A DNA stretch of 63,056 nt, filler included, from Octopus bimaculoides (lineage: Eukaryota): NCBI RefSeq assembly GCF_001194135.2. It is 3 parts of 3 records of this genome, joined end to end, with 100 filler letters (N's around TTAATTAATTAA, not from the genome) between each part and the next. Parts side by side here need not be neighbours in the genome. Positions count along the whole stretch, not along the records: positions 31,236 to 63,056 come from NC_068982.1; 2 more parts are not named here. One strand, given 5' to 3'. Numbering within the stretch: the stretch's first letter is position 1; each line of letters opens with the position of its first letter. The position numbers and the translations under genes were made by a program. Positions 38,489 to 51,686 of this stretch are shown piece by piece. Under the pieces are notes generated by a model, which did no database searches, had not been told where the DNA came from, and saw only the letters and a program-made list of their open reading frames with translations.

Positions 38489-39309
38489 ATGTATGTCTAT
38501 GTCCCTACACTTAGTCTATCGCTAACAAACCTTCCCCTTCAACTCATTTTCTTAACATTGCTCTATTCATACAGATGCTTTGATTATATAAGAGCCAAAT
38601 TATATATTTCATCCACCTTTTGTGCTACCAGTTACCTCTCTCTCCTTGGAAACTCTTCCTTTTATCCCCCATCCCATGTTCTCAATATCATCCCTCACTA
38701 CTTTATTTTCCACTAAATGCCCTTTTCTCTTGAAACCCTGTTTCTACCCCTACATACCTCCAGCCTCCATTTCTGTCGCTATACATCCCTCTCACGCACC
38801 CCCACATTCCACATTATCTCTCTATTTCTCATCTGCCTGCAGTTATTACATATCGTTGCTCTATACATGCTTTTTTGTATAGCAACTTATCACATCCTCC
38901 AGACTGACCAAGACCCACCCCTATTTCCTTCACACATACACACACACTCCCACTCTAAACTGATATTCATCATTGACCACACAACCACCTGCATTCACCA
39001 TTCACTGCATTCGTTGTATTCCCCTCTGTCCCCAAATCTAACCATCTCTTACTGTTCTTTCACACACTCATGAACTTGTCTACTCATCCAACCTTTCTGA
39101 TCCACTCCCTTTCTCTCTTTATTCCCTCTTGTAATCTCTGCTTTGTAACTTGAAGCTATGCCCTGACATCTCCTTGCCACCATCTTTTGTTTTTTTCCAT
39201 CTGTGACAGCCATGTACCTACTATAGAATAGAGCAAGACAGCAAAGGCACCCATTCCAGTTCTATCACACAGGAGTCAGCTAAAATGTTCACCACTAACC
39301 AACCTGCTT

Positions 39310-39525
39310 TCATAGAATATGACCAAATGAAGTTTATTTTTCAACATAGTAGCCCTTGCACTCCACAAACTTCTTCCATCAGTATTACAGTGCTTGAATC
39401 CAATTGGTGAAGAGGCTTTCATCCTATTGGTAAAAAATATTCATCAACAGCAGATATGACCTCATCAACACTGAGATACTGATTCTCAGCCAAGTGTTTT
39501 TTCATGCCTGGGAACAGATGATACA
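39310..39525 (-). mobile_element. Mariner transposase C-terminal relic
   Basis: ..HLFPGMKKHLAENQYLSVDEVISAVDE.. followed by a frameshifted match to the F..GI..L..RW.KCV...GDYVEK* terminus. Confidence 0.7.
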
Positions 39526-40013
39526 ACATGTAGCATAAAGCCACGTCCCTCATTACTACACTCAAAGACTCATCTTGTCTTGCAAGTTATATGGTGACCT
39601 TACAAGTACCATTGCCTAGAAAAACATCCAGTACATTCTGTAAAGTATTTGGCATTAGAAAGGGCTTCCAACTCTAGAAACACTGGAATTTGACACAGTC
39701 CTCTGGCCTGTCAAAACCTGTTGAATACTCCAACCCATAACAGTATAGAAGATGAAAAATAGAAGGTAATGAAAACGATGATGATAAGAAGGAGGAGGAG
39801 GATGTGTGAGTGTGTATATGTAAATTATATATTTGATATTTGTGATGGAAGCAGTATTGTATGTATGTATGTATATACATACATATTACATATAAAAAAC
39901 ATAAATTACTGCTACTTATCCTCAAGCGCTGAAAATATTTTGGAAAGAAATTATTTCGTTTCTTACCTTGCTTCAACAATGCATCAGGTGTTATGATGTT
40001 TTATTACTCATCT

Positions 40014-40048
<35 letters not shown>

Positions 40049-41333
40049 TTGTTATGAAGATACTAACTGAAAACACAGAGTTCAAGAAATAAACATGATG
40101 AAGTAAAAGAGTTCTGAAGAAAATGGAATCAACGTTTCGAATATGTACGTATGTATGTGTTTATGTGTGCATGTATGTATGTATGTATGTATGTATGTAT
40201 GTGTTTGTGTGTGTGTGTGTAAGTATGTATATGTATGTGTAATTATATATATCTGTGTATATATTTATATAAATGCGTGTGTTTGTGTATGTAAAAGTAT
40301 ACACACACACACATATACAAAAGTATATGTAAAAGTACACACACACACACACACACACATATTTGTGTGCGCGTGTGTATGTGTGTACTTTTATTTTTCA
40401 TTCCTGCAGGAAAGTATTGGCAAATGATAGATTTTGTTTAAGATATTTAGTTGTATCTTTTTATTTTGGTATTCTTTTATTTATTTATTTATTTATTTAT
40501 TTATTCATTTTTTTTTTGTTTTTACATTTGCTTTAGCAGAAAATCTTCTTCATGAATAACTTATTCCTTGTTACAATAATGTAATTTCTAATCAATTTAG
40601 AAAATAAATAAAAAAAACAATTTTAAATGTCATTTTTTTTGCATTCGATCGTCTTTTTATTTTTACTGAGTTTTTTTTTTTTTTACTTTATCATTTGTCT
40701 TACTATATAATTTACTTTTGGAATTATATTTTTCTGGCACTTGCTATCAATAATCTTGGGTCTACAGGTACCAGATATTTTTTCCCAAACTTATAATGGA
40801 CAGAACCATTTCCACATACTTATAATGGACAGAACCACACACCACCACCCGCACACACTTACACACATTCACACCACACATTCACAGGAACATGTGTGTG
40901 CGTGTGTACTGACACACAACATGCATTTGTATTCTTTAAAATTATACCATTTGTTTTTAATTAGCTCAAAAATCAATGAATTATACAGAAAATTAATATT
41001 TGTTAAAAATATTCTTTTCTAATGATGTAAAAAAATTAAGCAAACAAAAACATTATTATATCAACCATTCTTAATTATCTGTCATTACATTTATTTATTG
41101 GAACAAAAACAAATCATAAAACAATAAATAATTGAAAACAAAAAATAACATGCTTGCATCTAAAGCAGAAGTATCGTAGACTGTTCAAAGAGTAACTGCT
41201 TTCAAAATAATTATTGCAGCATGAAGAATGAAGCTATGCTTCCAATGAAGATCTCAAACAAGGGTGAAACATCAAAAGTTATCTCCCTTAATTGCCATTA
41301 AAATAATGATAATAATAATTCTTTCTACTATAG

Positions 41334-41573
41334 CAGTATTTTCTGAACTATTGTTTGCCTATGGACCTCTTTGATTCCTATTTTACTTGAATGGAGCCAT
41401 AGCTATTCGATGTTTTAAAAATCCTATTATATTTTTATAATTGAATATTATTAGGAATTATATTAAAAATTGCTAAAATATTTTGTGTATTGTAGAAATA
41501 AAAGCCATTTATTGTGCATAAATTTTATGGACTCCCAAGGGTTATATGGACCTCTAGTTTGAGAACAATTCTG
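41334..41573. mobile_element. hAT-like MITE inserted into the tail of a SINE A
   Basis: Degenerate TIRs CAGTATTTTCTGAA / TTGAGAACAATTCTG with subterminal GGACC motifs; CTATAG duplicated on both sides. The host SINE continues at 41575-41765 on the minus strand. Confidence 0.65.
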
Positions 41574-41788
41574 CTATAGGCTCAAGGCCTGAAATTTTGG
41601 AAGAAGGGGCTAGTCAATTACATCAAGCCCTTGTACTAAATTGGTACTTACTTCATTGACCCTGAAAATATGAAAGGCAAAGTTGACCACAGTAAAATGT
41701 AAAGATGGACAAAATATCATTAAGCATTTTGTCCATGCACAAACAATTCTACCAGCTCACCACCTTAATAATAATGATAATAATAATG

Positions 41789-41838
<50 letters not shown>

Positions 41839-41888
41839 CCTTTCTAGTGAAGACACAAAGCCTGAAATTTAGGGGAAGAGGGGTAGTT

Positions 41889-42044
41889 CAGGTCCGGTCC
41901 CAGGAATTTTTCGGCAGGAGGACACAAGGTCAGAAGGGAATATAATTCCAGGAGAAAAGGGCATAATAGAATAATTTAGAAGGGTGCACTTCTCTTCTTG
42001 AGGGATTCATGTGCCCCTTAGACTTCCCCTTGGGTCTGTTCCTG
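41889..42044. mobile_element. 156-bp MITE nested in a SINE A
   Basis: Imperfect TIRs CAGGTCCGGTCCCAGG / CTTGGGTCTGTTCCTG; TAGTT duplicated at 41884-41888 and 42045-42049. The host SINE (41838-42190, minus) is restored when the insert is removed. Confidence 0.6.
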
Positions 42045-43766
42045 TAGTTGATTACATCAACCCCAGTGTTAAACTGGTACTTATTTCATTAACCCTGAAA
42101 GAGTGAAAGGCAAAGTTGAACTCAGAATGTAAATATGGATGAAATACCCCTTGGCATTTTGTCCAGCATTCTAAGAATTCTACCAGCAGGATTGTCTTAA
42201 CAGCATTATAGGTCTCCAGCCAAATCAATGCATCAGACCCTAAAGTATTTGTTTATTGACTGTAATCCACAATATACATTAAAATTAGACCTGGAGATCA
42301 GTGAGGCCCCAATGCAAATAAATGCACTCGATCCTATGGTATTTATTTATTGGCAGCAAACCACAACATACATAGATCATAATTAGGCTCTTAGACCTGT
42401 GAGGTCGCCAGATAACTGCCAAGTGAACCCAGCACTGCAGTTGTAATTGTTCCAACCTTGTCTCTTATCATCAGAAACTTTGTGAATCAGTGACTGGCCT
42501 GCTGGAAGTCTGTCACTAATGCCTCTATTGTTCACAAAATGTGACATAAGTACAAAAAGAAAAGAAATGAGGAAGAATTTATGGGTTGGCTTAAAGTTAC
42601 CAAATAAAAAAAAAAAATAGCATGCTATCAAAGGATTGCCATATCATCTATAATTTTTACCTCCTGCTGCTTAGACAACCAATTGAATTAGATCTAGTTA
42701 CTGAAATAACAAATTGAACAAATCTGCAAGAGAGCCTCTAAATGGTCACTCAGCCTGCTAGAAATAGCAATAAAAAAATCTTCAAATTACATCCTATTAC
42801 CTTGAAAAGAGAATACATTAGATAATGTAGTTTATGGTATGCAAAAAAGACTGGATGATCAAAATCTTTGATCATGAGTTTGTTTTAATCTAGAGTTGAC
42901 TTGGGTCCACACAACAACTAACTGTCCACAATATTTACAACAATATTCAACAAAATTTCAACAAAATCATAACTATAATTACAGGCATGGTTCTGTTAAT
43001 GATTTCTAACAAAGGTACATGGCAACACATTTTAAATAAATTGGGGTTTCACATATGTACTCAAGAAGAACATTGACTACTGTGCAACAAGGAAATAAAA
43101 CCTTCTTGCACTGTTTGAAATTTAAAAGCAAGAGAAATAACTTCAATAAAATTCAAAATTTTCACATGCTATAAACAATGCAGATTGGAAAGAAGCCAAT
43201 CTTTAAACCTAACTGATGACAGTAATGGACATGTTTTGATCATATAAGACCTTTTCACTGAAGCATACCTTACTCAGTTGGTAAAACTAAGTGACCAGTG
43301 GTCAGAACAAAAAGGTATTTCTTTTTATATAAAATATATAAAAACAAATTTTTATTGTATCAGTGTTGATCAATTTTAAACTCATCATGTATCTGTTTCT
43401 AGTTAAGCTTATTACTGATATCTGTATTAAATATGAACCTGAGCAATGAATAAGGAACTCCATGGCTACATTGATACATACCCCAGGTTTCTTATGAGGG
43501 CTCAAAATATTTCACAACATGAACACATGACTGAAGAGGAAATTTATAGATATATTTACCTATCCTTACTATTCCAGCCCAATACAGGGTAGATTTTGCC
43601 AACCATTGCTATTGTGCTAAACATCAGACCATATTTTATAAATTATTGAAGTCTCAAATTGCTAAAAGCAAAATTGATTGCGCATAGAAAGAAGCTTTCT
43701 CACAATGAATGTCTACTGTAAGGTTCAGCTGTGAATTAAGTCAATTAAATACTTATCTTAATCTTA

Positions 43767-43987
43767 TTTCTTTATTGCCCACAAGGGGCTAAACATAGAG
43801 GGGACAAACAAGGACAGACAAAGGGATTAAGTCGATTACATCGACCCCAGTGCGTAACTGGTACTTAATTTATCGACCCCAAAAGGTAAAGTTGACCTCG
43901 GCAGAATTTGAACTCAGAAAGTAAAGGCAGATGAAATACCGCTAAGCATTTCACCCGTGGTGCTAACGATTCTGCCAGCTCGCCGCC
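43767..43987 (-). mobile_element. Young full-length SINE family A with TSD
   Basis: Near-consensus, CpG-rich copy flanked by TTATCTTAATCTTA at 43753-43766 and 43988-44001. Confidence 0.92.
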
Positions 43988-44569
43988 TTATCTTAATCTT
44001 ACCAACCAATACCAAATTTCTTCTATGCGAAGATGAGATGTCAGGTTTTTTTGATCCTTCATCTGTTACCTCAAGTCTTTCATAAACTTTACTGATATCA
44101 TCTTCATTTCATGTAAATCACAGATTTAAAGACATTATGACTTACATTATTTCATTCTGTCTCCTTCCCCTCCCCGCCCTACATTAATCCATAATTGATA
44201 TTTTGTTTTATTATCCAATCCAATGAAGAATGTTGCAATCCTGGGAAAGAAGAATTTTGAAGTAATGTTATGTATGAAGTTTGTGAAGTGACACATACAG
44301 TTGAGGAGATAGAGGAGATACAAGGTATTAGTTGATGCAAAAGTTCATTAATCCCAAGGAATAGAATTCATTGTAGTAATGGTAGAAAAGATGGGGGTTT
44401 GACCCTGTACACTAATAGATGTAATGTGCAGGTCAGTAAAGGTTTACAATTTATCTGGATGACCCATTTTCCAGATGCAGTCTATCTAGAACGTTTGTAA
44501 AGTAATAGCATCATCCTAGATACAAGAGTAGCATTCTAAAATGAACACAAATTTACGTCCCAATAATCC

Positions 44570-44810
44570 TTTCTACTAATGGCACAAAGCCTGAAATTTG
44601 AGGGGAGGGGACTAGTCGATTACATTGACCTTAGTGTTTCACAGGCACTTAATTTATTGACCCCAAAAGGATAAAACGCTAAGTTGATCTCAGCGGACTC
44701 AGGACGTAGCCACAGATGAAATACTGCTAAGCACTTCATCCAGTGTGCTAATGATTCTACCAGCTTGCTGCCTTTCATCCAGCATGCTAACGATTCTGCC
44801 AGCTCATTTC
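44570..44810 (-). mobile_element. SINE family A with duplicated head
   Basis: Core and tail present; the head segment GCTAA(T/C)GATTCT(A/G)CCAGCT occurs twice (44745-44805). Confidence 0.75.
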
Positions 44811-44896
44811 TTACCCTTGTAGAGAGTCAGAAAGTGTTCAGGGCTAAAGTAGTGTCTGGCTCTGATGAGAAAATCTGGCTTTTGATTATGTTACAG

Positions 44897-44957
44897 ATGT
44901 GATGGTACCTTTGAAGATTGTGATGCAAGATCATTGAAGATTGCTATGGATTTAGTT
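44897..44957 (+). CDS. Candidate exon C (xCDGTFEDCDARSLKIAMDLV)
   Basis: ggcttttgattatgttacag| acceptor and GTT|GTATGT donor; only one frame stays open to the donor (phase 2 to phase 0). Confidence 0.35.
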
Positions 44958-45381
44958 GTATGTTGTTCATGAGTCAAGTACATGTAGTGTTGTCAGTATT
45001 TTTCCTTGATATTTTTAATGGCTGTGTTCTAGTGTTTTTGGATGAGACAAAGTTATTCTGTATTGATTTCTAAAACATTGATATATGATATAGAATTATC
45101 ATGTATATATGTTTGAAGGCTTTAAACTATCCTAAAACAGTGAAATAAATACATACAATAAGGTCAGAAAATTTTCCGAAATAAGATGCTATAAAATAAA
45201 CAGTATTCTCTGGTGTGTAATGTGCATCTTTGAGACGAGGGAGAGATTATTTGTAAGATAAAAAGGCAAGTGAAAATCTAAAATTGCTTACTAAAAACTT
45301 ATTTCAACAAGCTATATCTCATAAATCACCCAGTAACCTACTAGAAAATTAAATTAACACACACACATATTTATGTATAAG

Positions 45382-45426
<45 letters not shown>

Positions 45427-45740
45427 GTAATTGGTTTCTTGAGAAAAAGGAAATTATGATTTGAAAACTTGTTTCCAACAAATACAAAATATAATTTTTA
45501 CATGTAATAAAAATGATTATTAACCAAGCCGAAAGGGATTCCTAAACAGACACTCACATTTCTTAATGGATTTTTTTTCCGCACTTTCTTCTGCCATTTT
45601 AATTTTACATGTATCTCATTTTATAATGCTACAAGTTTGTAGTATGGCAAATGTTATTCAGAAGTTCCTATTTTGCTTTATGTTTTCCAATACATTTGCT
45701 TGCCTCATCCTTCACTCTTTAGAATATATTCATAGTTACA

Positions 45741-45774
<34 letters not shown>

Positions 45775-45975
45775 TTTTTTGCAAGCAAATTTTATTTTCT
45801 TATTATCATTTGCTTCTTATTTTGCAAGAAGTCGCATCTTTGTGCAGTCATTGTTCATATTTATCAGCGCTGTCTGCCAGACCACTCAAGGTTTTTCATT
45901 ATCTATGTCATAATCTTCTATTCGTTAAAGCTTTGGAAAATCTAGAAATCATTTTTATATAAGATCTACTTTTAG

Positions 45976-46028
45976 ACTGAGCTGCTTATGACCAAAGAGC
46001 AGCTGGTATTATTCATGCAGTCACTAAG
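45976..46028 (+). CDS. Candidate exon D (TELLMTKEQLVLFMQSLx)
   Basis: gatctacttttag| acceptor and AAG|GTAGTT donor; only phase 0 is open, matching the end phase of exon C. Confidence 0.35.
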
Positions 46029-46221
46029 GTAGTTTTCTTTTGTATTTTGTTATTTTTTTTATATAAATAAAAGTTAGAGAAAGAAGGGCAAACACATGGA
46101 TGCTTTCTTAGATTGTCAAGATTGATGTGTCTGATGCCCAGCTTGAACATCTGCAGATCAGTGACTGTAGAAAAATCTGTGATTGGAACCACAATCTAAG
46201 CAGATGCAGAATGTAATTGGT

Positions 46222-46402
46222 ATAGGCGTGGCTACATGGTGAAAAGTTTGCTTTTCAACTACATGGTCCTAGGTTCAGTCCCACTGCATAGTACCACCTG
46301 GCAGGTGTCTTCTTCTGTTGCCTTGGGTTGACCAAAAGATTTTGTGAGTGGATTTGGTAGACAGAAACTGAAAGAACCCTGCCATATATATATATATATA
46401 TA
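46222..46402 (+). mobile_element. SINE family B head, ending in (TA)n at a gap
   Basis: TATAGGCGTGGCTACATGGTGAAAAG..GGTTCAGTCCCACTGC..GTGAGTGGATTTGGTAGACAGAAACTGAAAGAA. Confidence 0.8.
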
Positions 46403-46678
46403 NNNNNNNNNNNNNNNNNNNNNNNNNNNNNNNNNNNNNNNNNNNNNNNNNNNNNNNNNNNNNNNNNNNNNNNNNNNNNNNNNNNNNNNNNNNNNNNNNN
46501 NNNNNNNNNNNNNNNNNNNNNNNNNNNNNNNNNNNNNNNNNNNNNNNNNNNNNNNNNNNNNNNNNNNNNNNNNNNNNNNNNNNNNNNNNNNNNNNNNNNN
46601 NNNNNNNNNNNNNNNNNNNNNNNNNNNNNNNNNNNNNNNNNNNNNNNNNNNNNNNNNNNNNNNNNNNNNNNNNNNNNN

Positions 46679-47309
46679 TGTTGAGAACAATTTAGGTCTT
46701 ACTAGACACAAGATGTGATCTATTTCTAGCACATTGAATGTCCACGTTAGTGGTCAACGTCATATATAAAAATGTACTTTAATCCCCTGAGATTGCAGAT
46801 ACTGTTTCTGAATCTCTTTGATTCTTTAAATGTGCTAGCTTCCTGGTAATTAATCGATATTAATTAATTTATGATTTTTTGTCATATTTTTTGATAATAT
46901 ATTAACCCTTACCGAGTTCTCATACTGGATATATGCGACGCAGTAAATATTCTCTGCAGACATATTCCTGGAATTAGCGCACCAAAACGAAGACTTTTGA
47001 ATTTTACCATTAAGGTGTAATTAGCAGAACCATATACACGTGCACCTATGGCGGTGGGCAACTTTGTATGGGGTTCCAATGATTATGGTTCCATTACAAA
47101 TCAGGCTGAAGAGAAATAGACAGTCGGTAAGATTGTTACAATTCAAAACCGGTCCCTGTTTAATAATGTTCCTTTTTCGGTGATTTTAAATGTCTTGCTC
47201 GCTTACGTTTTGGTATCACGCTATATTTCATGTTGAGAACAATTTAGGTCTTACTAGACACAAGATGTGATCTATTTCTAGCACATCGAATGTCCACGTT
47301 AGTGGTCAA
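46679..47309. repeat. 550-bp-period unit with 81-bp direct repeat
   Basis: 46679-46759 recurs at 47229-47309 with one mismatch; the interior retains CpG unlike its flanks. Confidence 0.8.
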
Positions 47310-47350
47310 CATAATATATATATATATAGATAGATAGATAGATACACATA

Positions 47351-47541
47351 CAGGCACAGGAGTGGTTGTGTGGTAAGTAGCTTGCCTCCCAACCACATGG
47401 CTCCGGGTTCAGTCCCACACTGCATGGCACCTTGGGCAAATGTCTTCTACTATAGCCTCAGGCCAGCCAAAGCCTTGTGAGTGGATTTGGTAGACAGATA
47501 CTGAAAAGAGCCTGTCATATATATATATATACACACATAAG

Positions 47542-47581
<40 letters not shown>

Positions 47582-47805
47582 CTTATGTGTGTATGTGTTT
47601 GTCCCTCACCATCACTTGACAGATTGGTGTTGGCTTGTTCACATTCCCATAACTTAGTGGTTCAGCAAAAGAGACCAATAGAACAAGTATCAGGCTTAAA
47701 AAGAAAAAAAAATGTTCTGAGGTTGATACATTCAACTAGAATTCTTCAAGGCTGTGTCCCAGCATTGCCACAGTCTAATGACTGAAACAAGTAAAAGACA
47801 AAAGA
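47351..47805 (+). mobile_element. Full-length SINE family B
   Basis: tRNA-like head (GTGGTAAGTAG..GGTTCAGTCCC), CORE-like ACCTTGGGCAAATG, internal TA/TG microsatellite, tail CCCAGCATTGCCACAGTCTAATGACTGAAACAAGTAAAAG. Confidence 0.9.
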
Positions 47806-48022
47806 AAGATTGCTTACAGCAGTTAACTCCATTAAAGGTACCCAAGGGTTTGGTAGTGGTGTTAAAATAAACAATGTGTCAAGCCTACTAGTCAGGAATT
47901 TGGTCTAGCTACATCTATTTAATAACTCTACTAGGAGAAATACACATACCTCATATCTCAAATATGTAAACGCCTTAAAACTCTGGGGTAGCTTTCTTTT
48001 ATCCTGCCCTCACATTGCTGTG

Positions 48023-48290
48023 GAGGTATGCTGCTTAGCGGTTAGGGTGTTGGCTTTATGATTGTAAGATTGTGGTTTTGATTCCTGGACGAGGTGGGAG
48101 GTGATGCGTTGTGTTCTTGAGCAAAACACTTCATTTCACATTGTTCAGCTGGAAAAATTTAGTAATCCTGCAATGGACCAGTGTCCCATTGATGTGGGGA
48201 ATATATAAGCCATGGAAAATAGGAAACCAGCCCTATGAGTCTACACAACTTGAGAAAGAACCCACGTTGTTAAGTGAATATAAAATAAAG
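48023..48290 (+). mobile_element. tRNA-derived SINE (family C/D-like), decayed
   Basis: GCTTAGCGGTTAGGGTGTTGG..GGTTTTGATTCCTGG..GTTCTTGAGCAAAACACTTCATTTCAC. Confidence 0.6.
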
Positions 48291-49042
48291 ATCCTCCTGA
48301 AAAAGGAACTTGTCTGCTGTTGACATTCACTGATGATCTGATACTTGGGGGATCAGAATTAAGTACATGAGAATAACCTGTTCTACTTAGAACCACAACC
48401 AGACACTTGCAGCAGATTTCAAATCATAAAACAATGGACCATCAGTCTCATCAACTTAGCCATTTCACCATTACATCCCAGATATGCCATCTTCCAAGTG
48501 ATTTCTAAGCATGTGTGATTGCATGAAGTGCAATACCAGAAGTTAGTGCATGCTGGATTTATTTTATTATCAACTCTGTATATAACCAAAGGCTGTAGTT
48601 TACTGATCAGATCTCATTGTGCATAGGTCAGCCAAATCTTGCAAGAAAAGTTGTGTTGATGGAAACAGTACAAGAAGCTAGTCAGAAGTATTGTAGCTAA
48701 GTCTTGACTGGTCTTATTATTGCATTGCTTGATTTAGCCCCACCATCTGTCTGTTGACTATCTTTAGTGGAAGTCTACTCTGCTGCAAGTATTTGGTCTC
48801 AGTGACTGATTTAAAGATAACTTGAAATTTTGGTGAACTGCTTCCTATGGCAGCAGCCCATGAGTCTCTACAAGTTTCAGAAGTCTTGTAAAAAGTTATG
48901 TGCGTTTCCTGCTCTACCAATAACTATCCCCCACTCTACCATATAAGAGCATGACTAGAACATCAGTAAAACAACAAGTATTCTTTCCTAAGGCACATTT
49001 GTAAATAAAGCAGATCTTGATGAGCTTGCATTATGTTAAAAG

Positions 49043-49462
49043 CGCAGGCATAGTTGTGTGGCTAAGTAGCTCACTTTGCAATGAGGTGGCTTCATGTTCA
49101 GTCTTGATGAGTGGCACTTTGGGCAAGTGCCATCTACTACAGCCCCAGGCTGATCAAAGACTTCTGAATTAATTTAATAGATAGAAACTGTGTGGAAGCT
49201 CATTGCATATATGCATGCGTGTGCATGTTACATGTGTTTGTGTCTTTGTGTTTGCTCCACCACCACCACCATTTGACAACCAGTGTCAGTTTGTTTACAT
49301 CCCCATAACTTAGCAGTTTGGCAAAAGGAACAAACAGAATAAGTACCAAACTTTAAAAATAAATACTAGGGTAGATTTGTTCCATTAAACTCTTAAAAAA
49401 CTGTGCCCCCAGTAAGGCTGCAGACCGATGACTGAAGCAAGTCAAAGATAAAAGATAAAAAC
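49043..49462 (+). mobile_element. Full-length SINE family B, CpG-decayed
   Basis: Same head, core, internal microsatellite and tail organisation as 47351-47805. Confidence 0.85.
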
Positions 49463-50358
49463 TGCAAAATTGTTAAGAAAATGTTACAATGAAACAAAGA
49501 GAATTATTAACATAAGATTTGACAATCTTATTTATTCATGCAACTCATTAAGAAAAGGTCCTCTGAATTATTTGCATAAAGTGGAAACTATTTAATACAG
49601 CGTTCTTCTAAGAATTGGTTAACCTCTGTTCTATTTTGGTCAGTTTCAGATTCTTTGGGGTTTGCTTTTCTTATCTGCTGGCAAATGTTATAGTTTGAAG
49701 TTTAAAATTTTGGATGTTTTCCAGATTAGTTTACTTCAGGCCTTTAATGGATAATTGGAACATCTGATAAAACGCTGAATGAAAAGATCAATAAACCATA
49801 AAGGTCCAATTCATATCCCCTACACCAATATATAATTTTATACAATTTCAATCCTAAGTAACTTTTTTAGCTTTTTCTTGTTTTACCAATGATTTGGTTG
49901 TTTCAAATTTTTTTCTCCCCTTCAGGTTTTTTTTCATTTTCGAAATGTATATATATTTTTTTTTTTACCAAATGCAATAAATATGAGAACATATATATGA
50001 GTAAAATGTTAAACATGGGGAAGAAAAATAAATACATAATATGAAAAGAAAAATTTTATTTTCCATAATTTTGAAACTATCATAGAAACTGGCATGGGAA
50101 AATAAACAAAACATATTTATAATAAAATTATAAAATATTTTGCTAAAAAACAGTAAATGANNNNNNNNNNNNNNNNNNNNNNNNNNNNNNNNNNNNNNNN
50201 NNNNNNNNNNNNNNNNNNNNNNNNTATATATATATATACATGCACACACACACATATATGTATATATATATATATATATGTGTGTGTGCGTGTGTGTATG
50301 TATACATATATGCATATGTGTGCATATATATATATGCATATATATGTATGTATGTGTA

Positions 50359-50389
<31 letters not shown>

Positions 50390-50831
50390 GCATATATGTG
50401 TGGTTATATATATGTGAGTGTATATATATACATGTATNNNNNNNNNNATAAGATGAATTTAAAATTTCTTCTATAAATATTTTGTTTGAATTTTTATTTA
50501 CATAAACTTCATTTTTTTTTTTTTATTAATTTCTCTCATGCACAGCAAGTATACACACACACATATTTAAGTCTGTGTTTTTCCTTCGAGGATTCCTCTT
50601 TTACATAGGTGATAGTTTGTGTTTTGTTTAGTTTGTTCTCGATGACGGTGAAACCAGCATCAGATGTAATGTACAATATCACTATTCTATCACATGGTCA
50701 GGTCTCTCTTTGCCTACATCCAAAAGGTTGCTGAGGGTCAATATTGGGAACAAATAACTGCTTATGTTTAGCTTCTGATTCAAACTGCTGTTTATTTTCA
50801 TTCCTATCATTAATATTAGTGTTACTAAAAG

Positions 50832-51050
50832 CTGTGAGCTGGCAGAATTGCTAAGCATGCTGGGTAAAATTCTTAGAATCACTTCAACCATCTTGACATT
50901 CTGAGTTCAAATTCTGCCAAGGTCGACTTTGCCTTTCATCTTTTCAGGGTCAATAAAATAAATACCAGTTGAGCATTGGGGTCAATGTAATCAACCAGCC
51001 CCCCCCCCCACCATCACCCAAACTTGTTAAACTTGCATCAGAGTTTGAAA
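50832..51050 (+). mobile_element. SINE family A, CpG-decayed
   Basis: GTGAGCTGGCAGAATTG..GAGTTCAAATTCTGCCAAGGTCGACTTTGCCTTTCATC..GGGGTCAATGTAATCAAC. Confidence 0.85.
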
Positions 51051-51686
51051 TCAATATCATATAATTATGTTATACTATATTACATTACATATATTTCTAT
51101 CTATCTATCTATTATATAAATATATATTTCTCGTCTACAGGAATATAGTTTTACCTTGTTGTAAAATATTTTTTGAGTTGTAACTTGTAATGAGAACCTA
51201 TGAGCCCAACAGTCAGAAGGTCATGCTTTTATCCTCGTTGGGTTTCATTGAGCCTTGCTTCAGCTCTTTTGGTTTAGGCTCTTATATTCTTATACAGTGT
51301 ATTTACTCAGTATGCTAAATATAACAGCTAAATCTCCCCTCAAATCACACCTTAAAAATTTGAAAAACATGTTGCACAATACAGCCTTAGATACTGAAAA
51401 AAATGGAGGAATTTTTATGGTTGAATATTCTAAATCATATATCTGCTTGATCAGGGCTGACCTCATGCTGAACAACAACACTCTGCTTTTCAGTAGTTTG
51501 CAGTTTCACACAGTATGACATTTACTACATGTTACTTCATCTGTTTCATTATAACTGAAGGGTGCAGCATTGACCATATTAGATCATAACAACAAATCCT
51601 GGAGGTGATTGGTAACCCAATACAGCATTTCGACTTAGTGAGACATACACACACAGGTATATATACACTCACAAATGAAAATGCAA

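Noticed and set aside
51561-51604. Ankyrin-like exon GAALTILDHNNKSW
   Set aside because: The similarity is short, the splice signals are weak and the phase does not follow candidate exon D.
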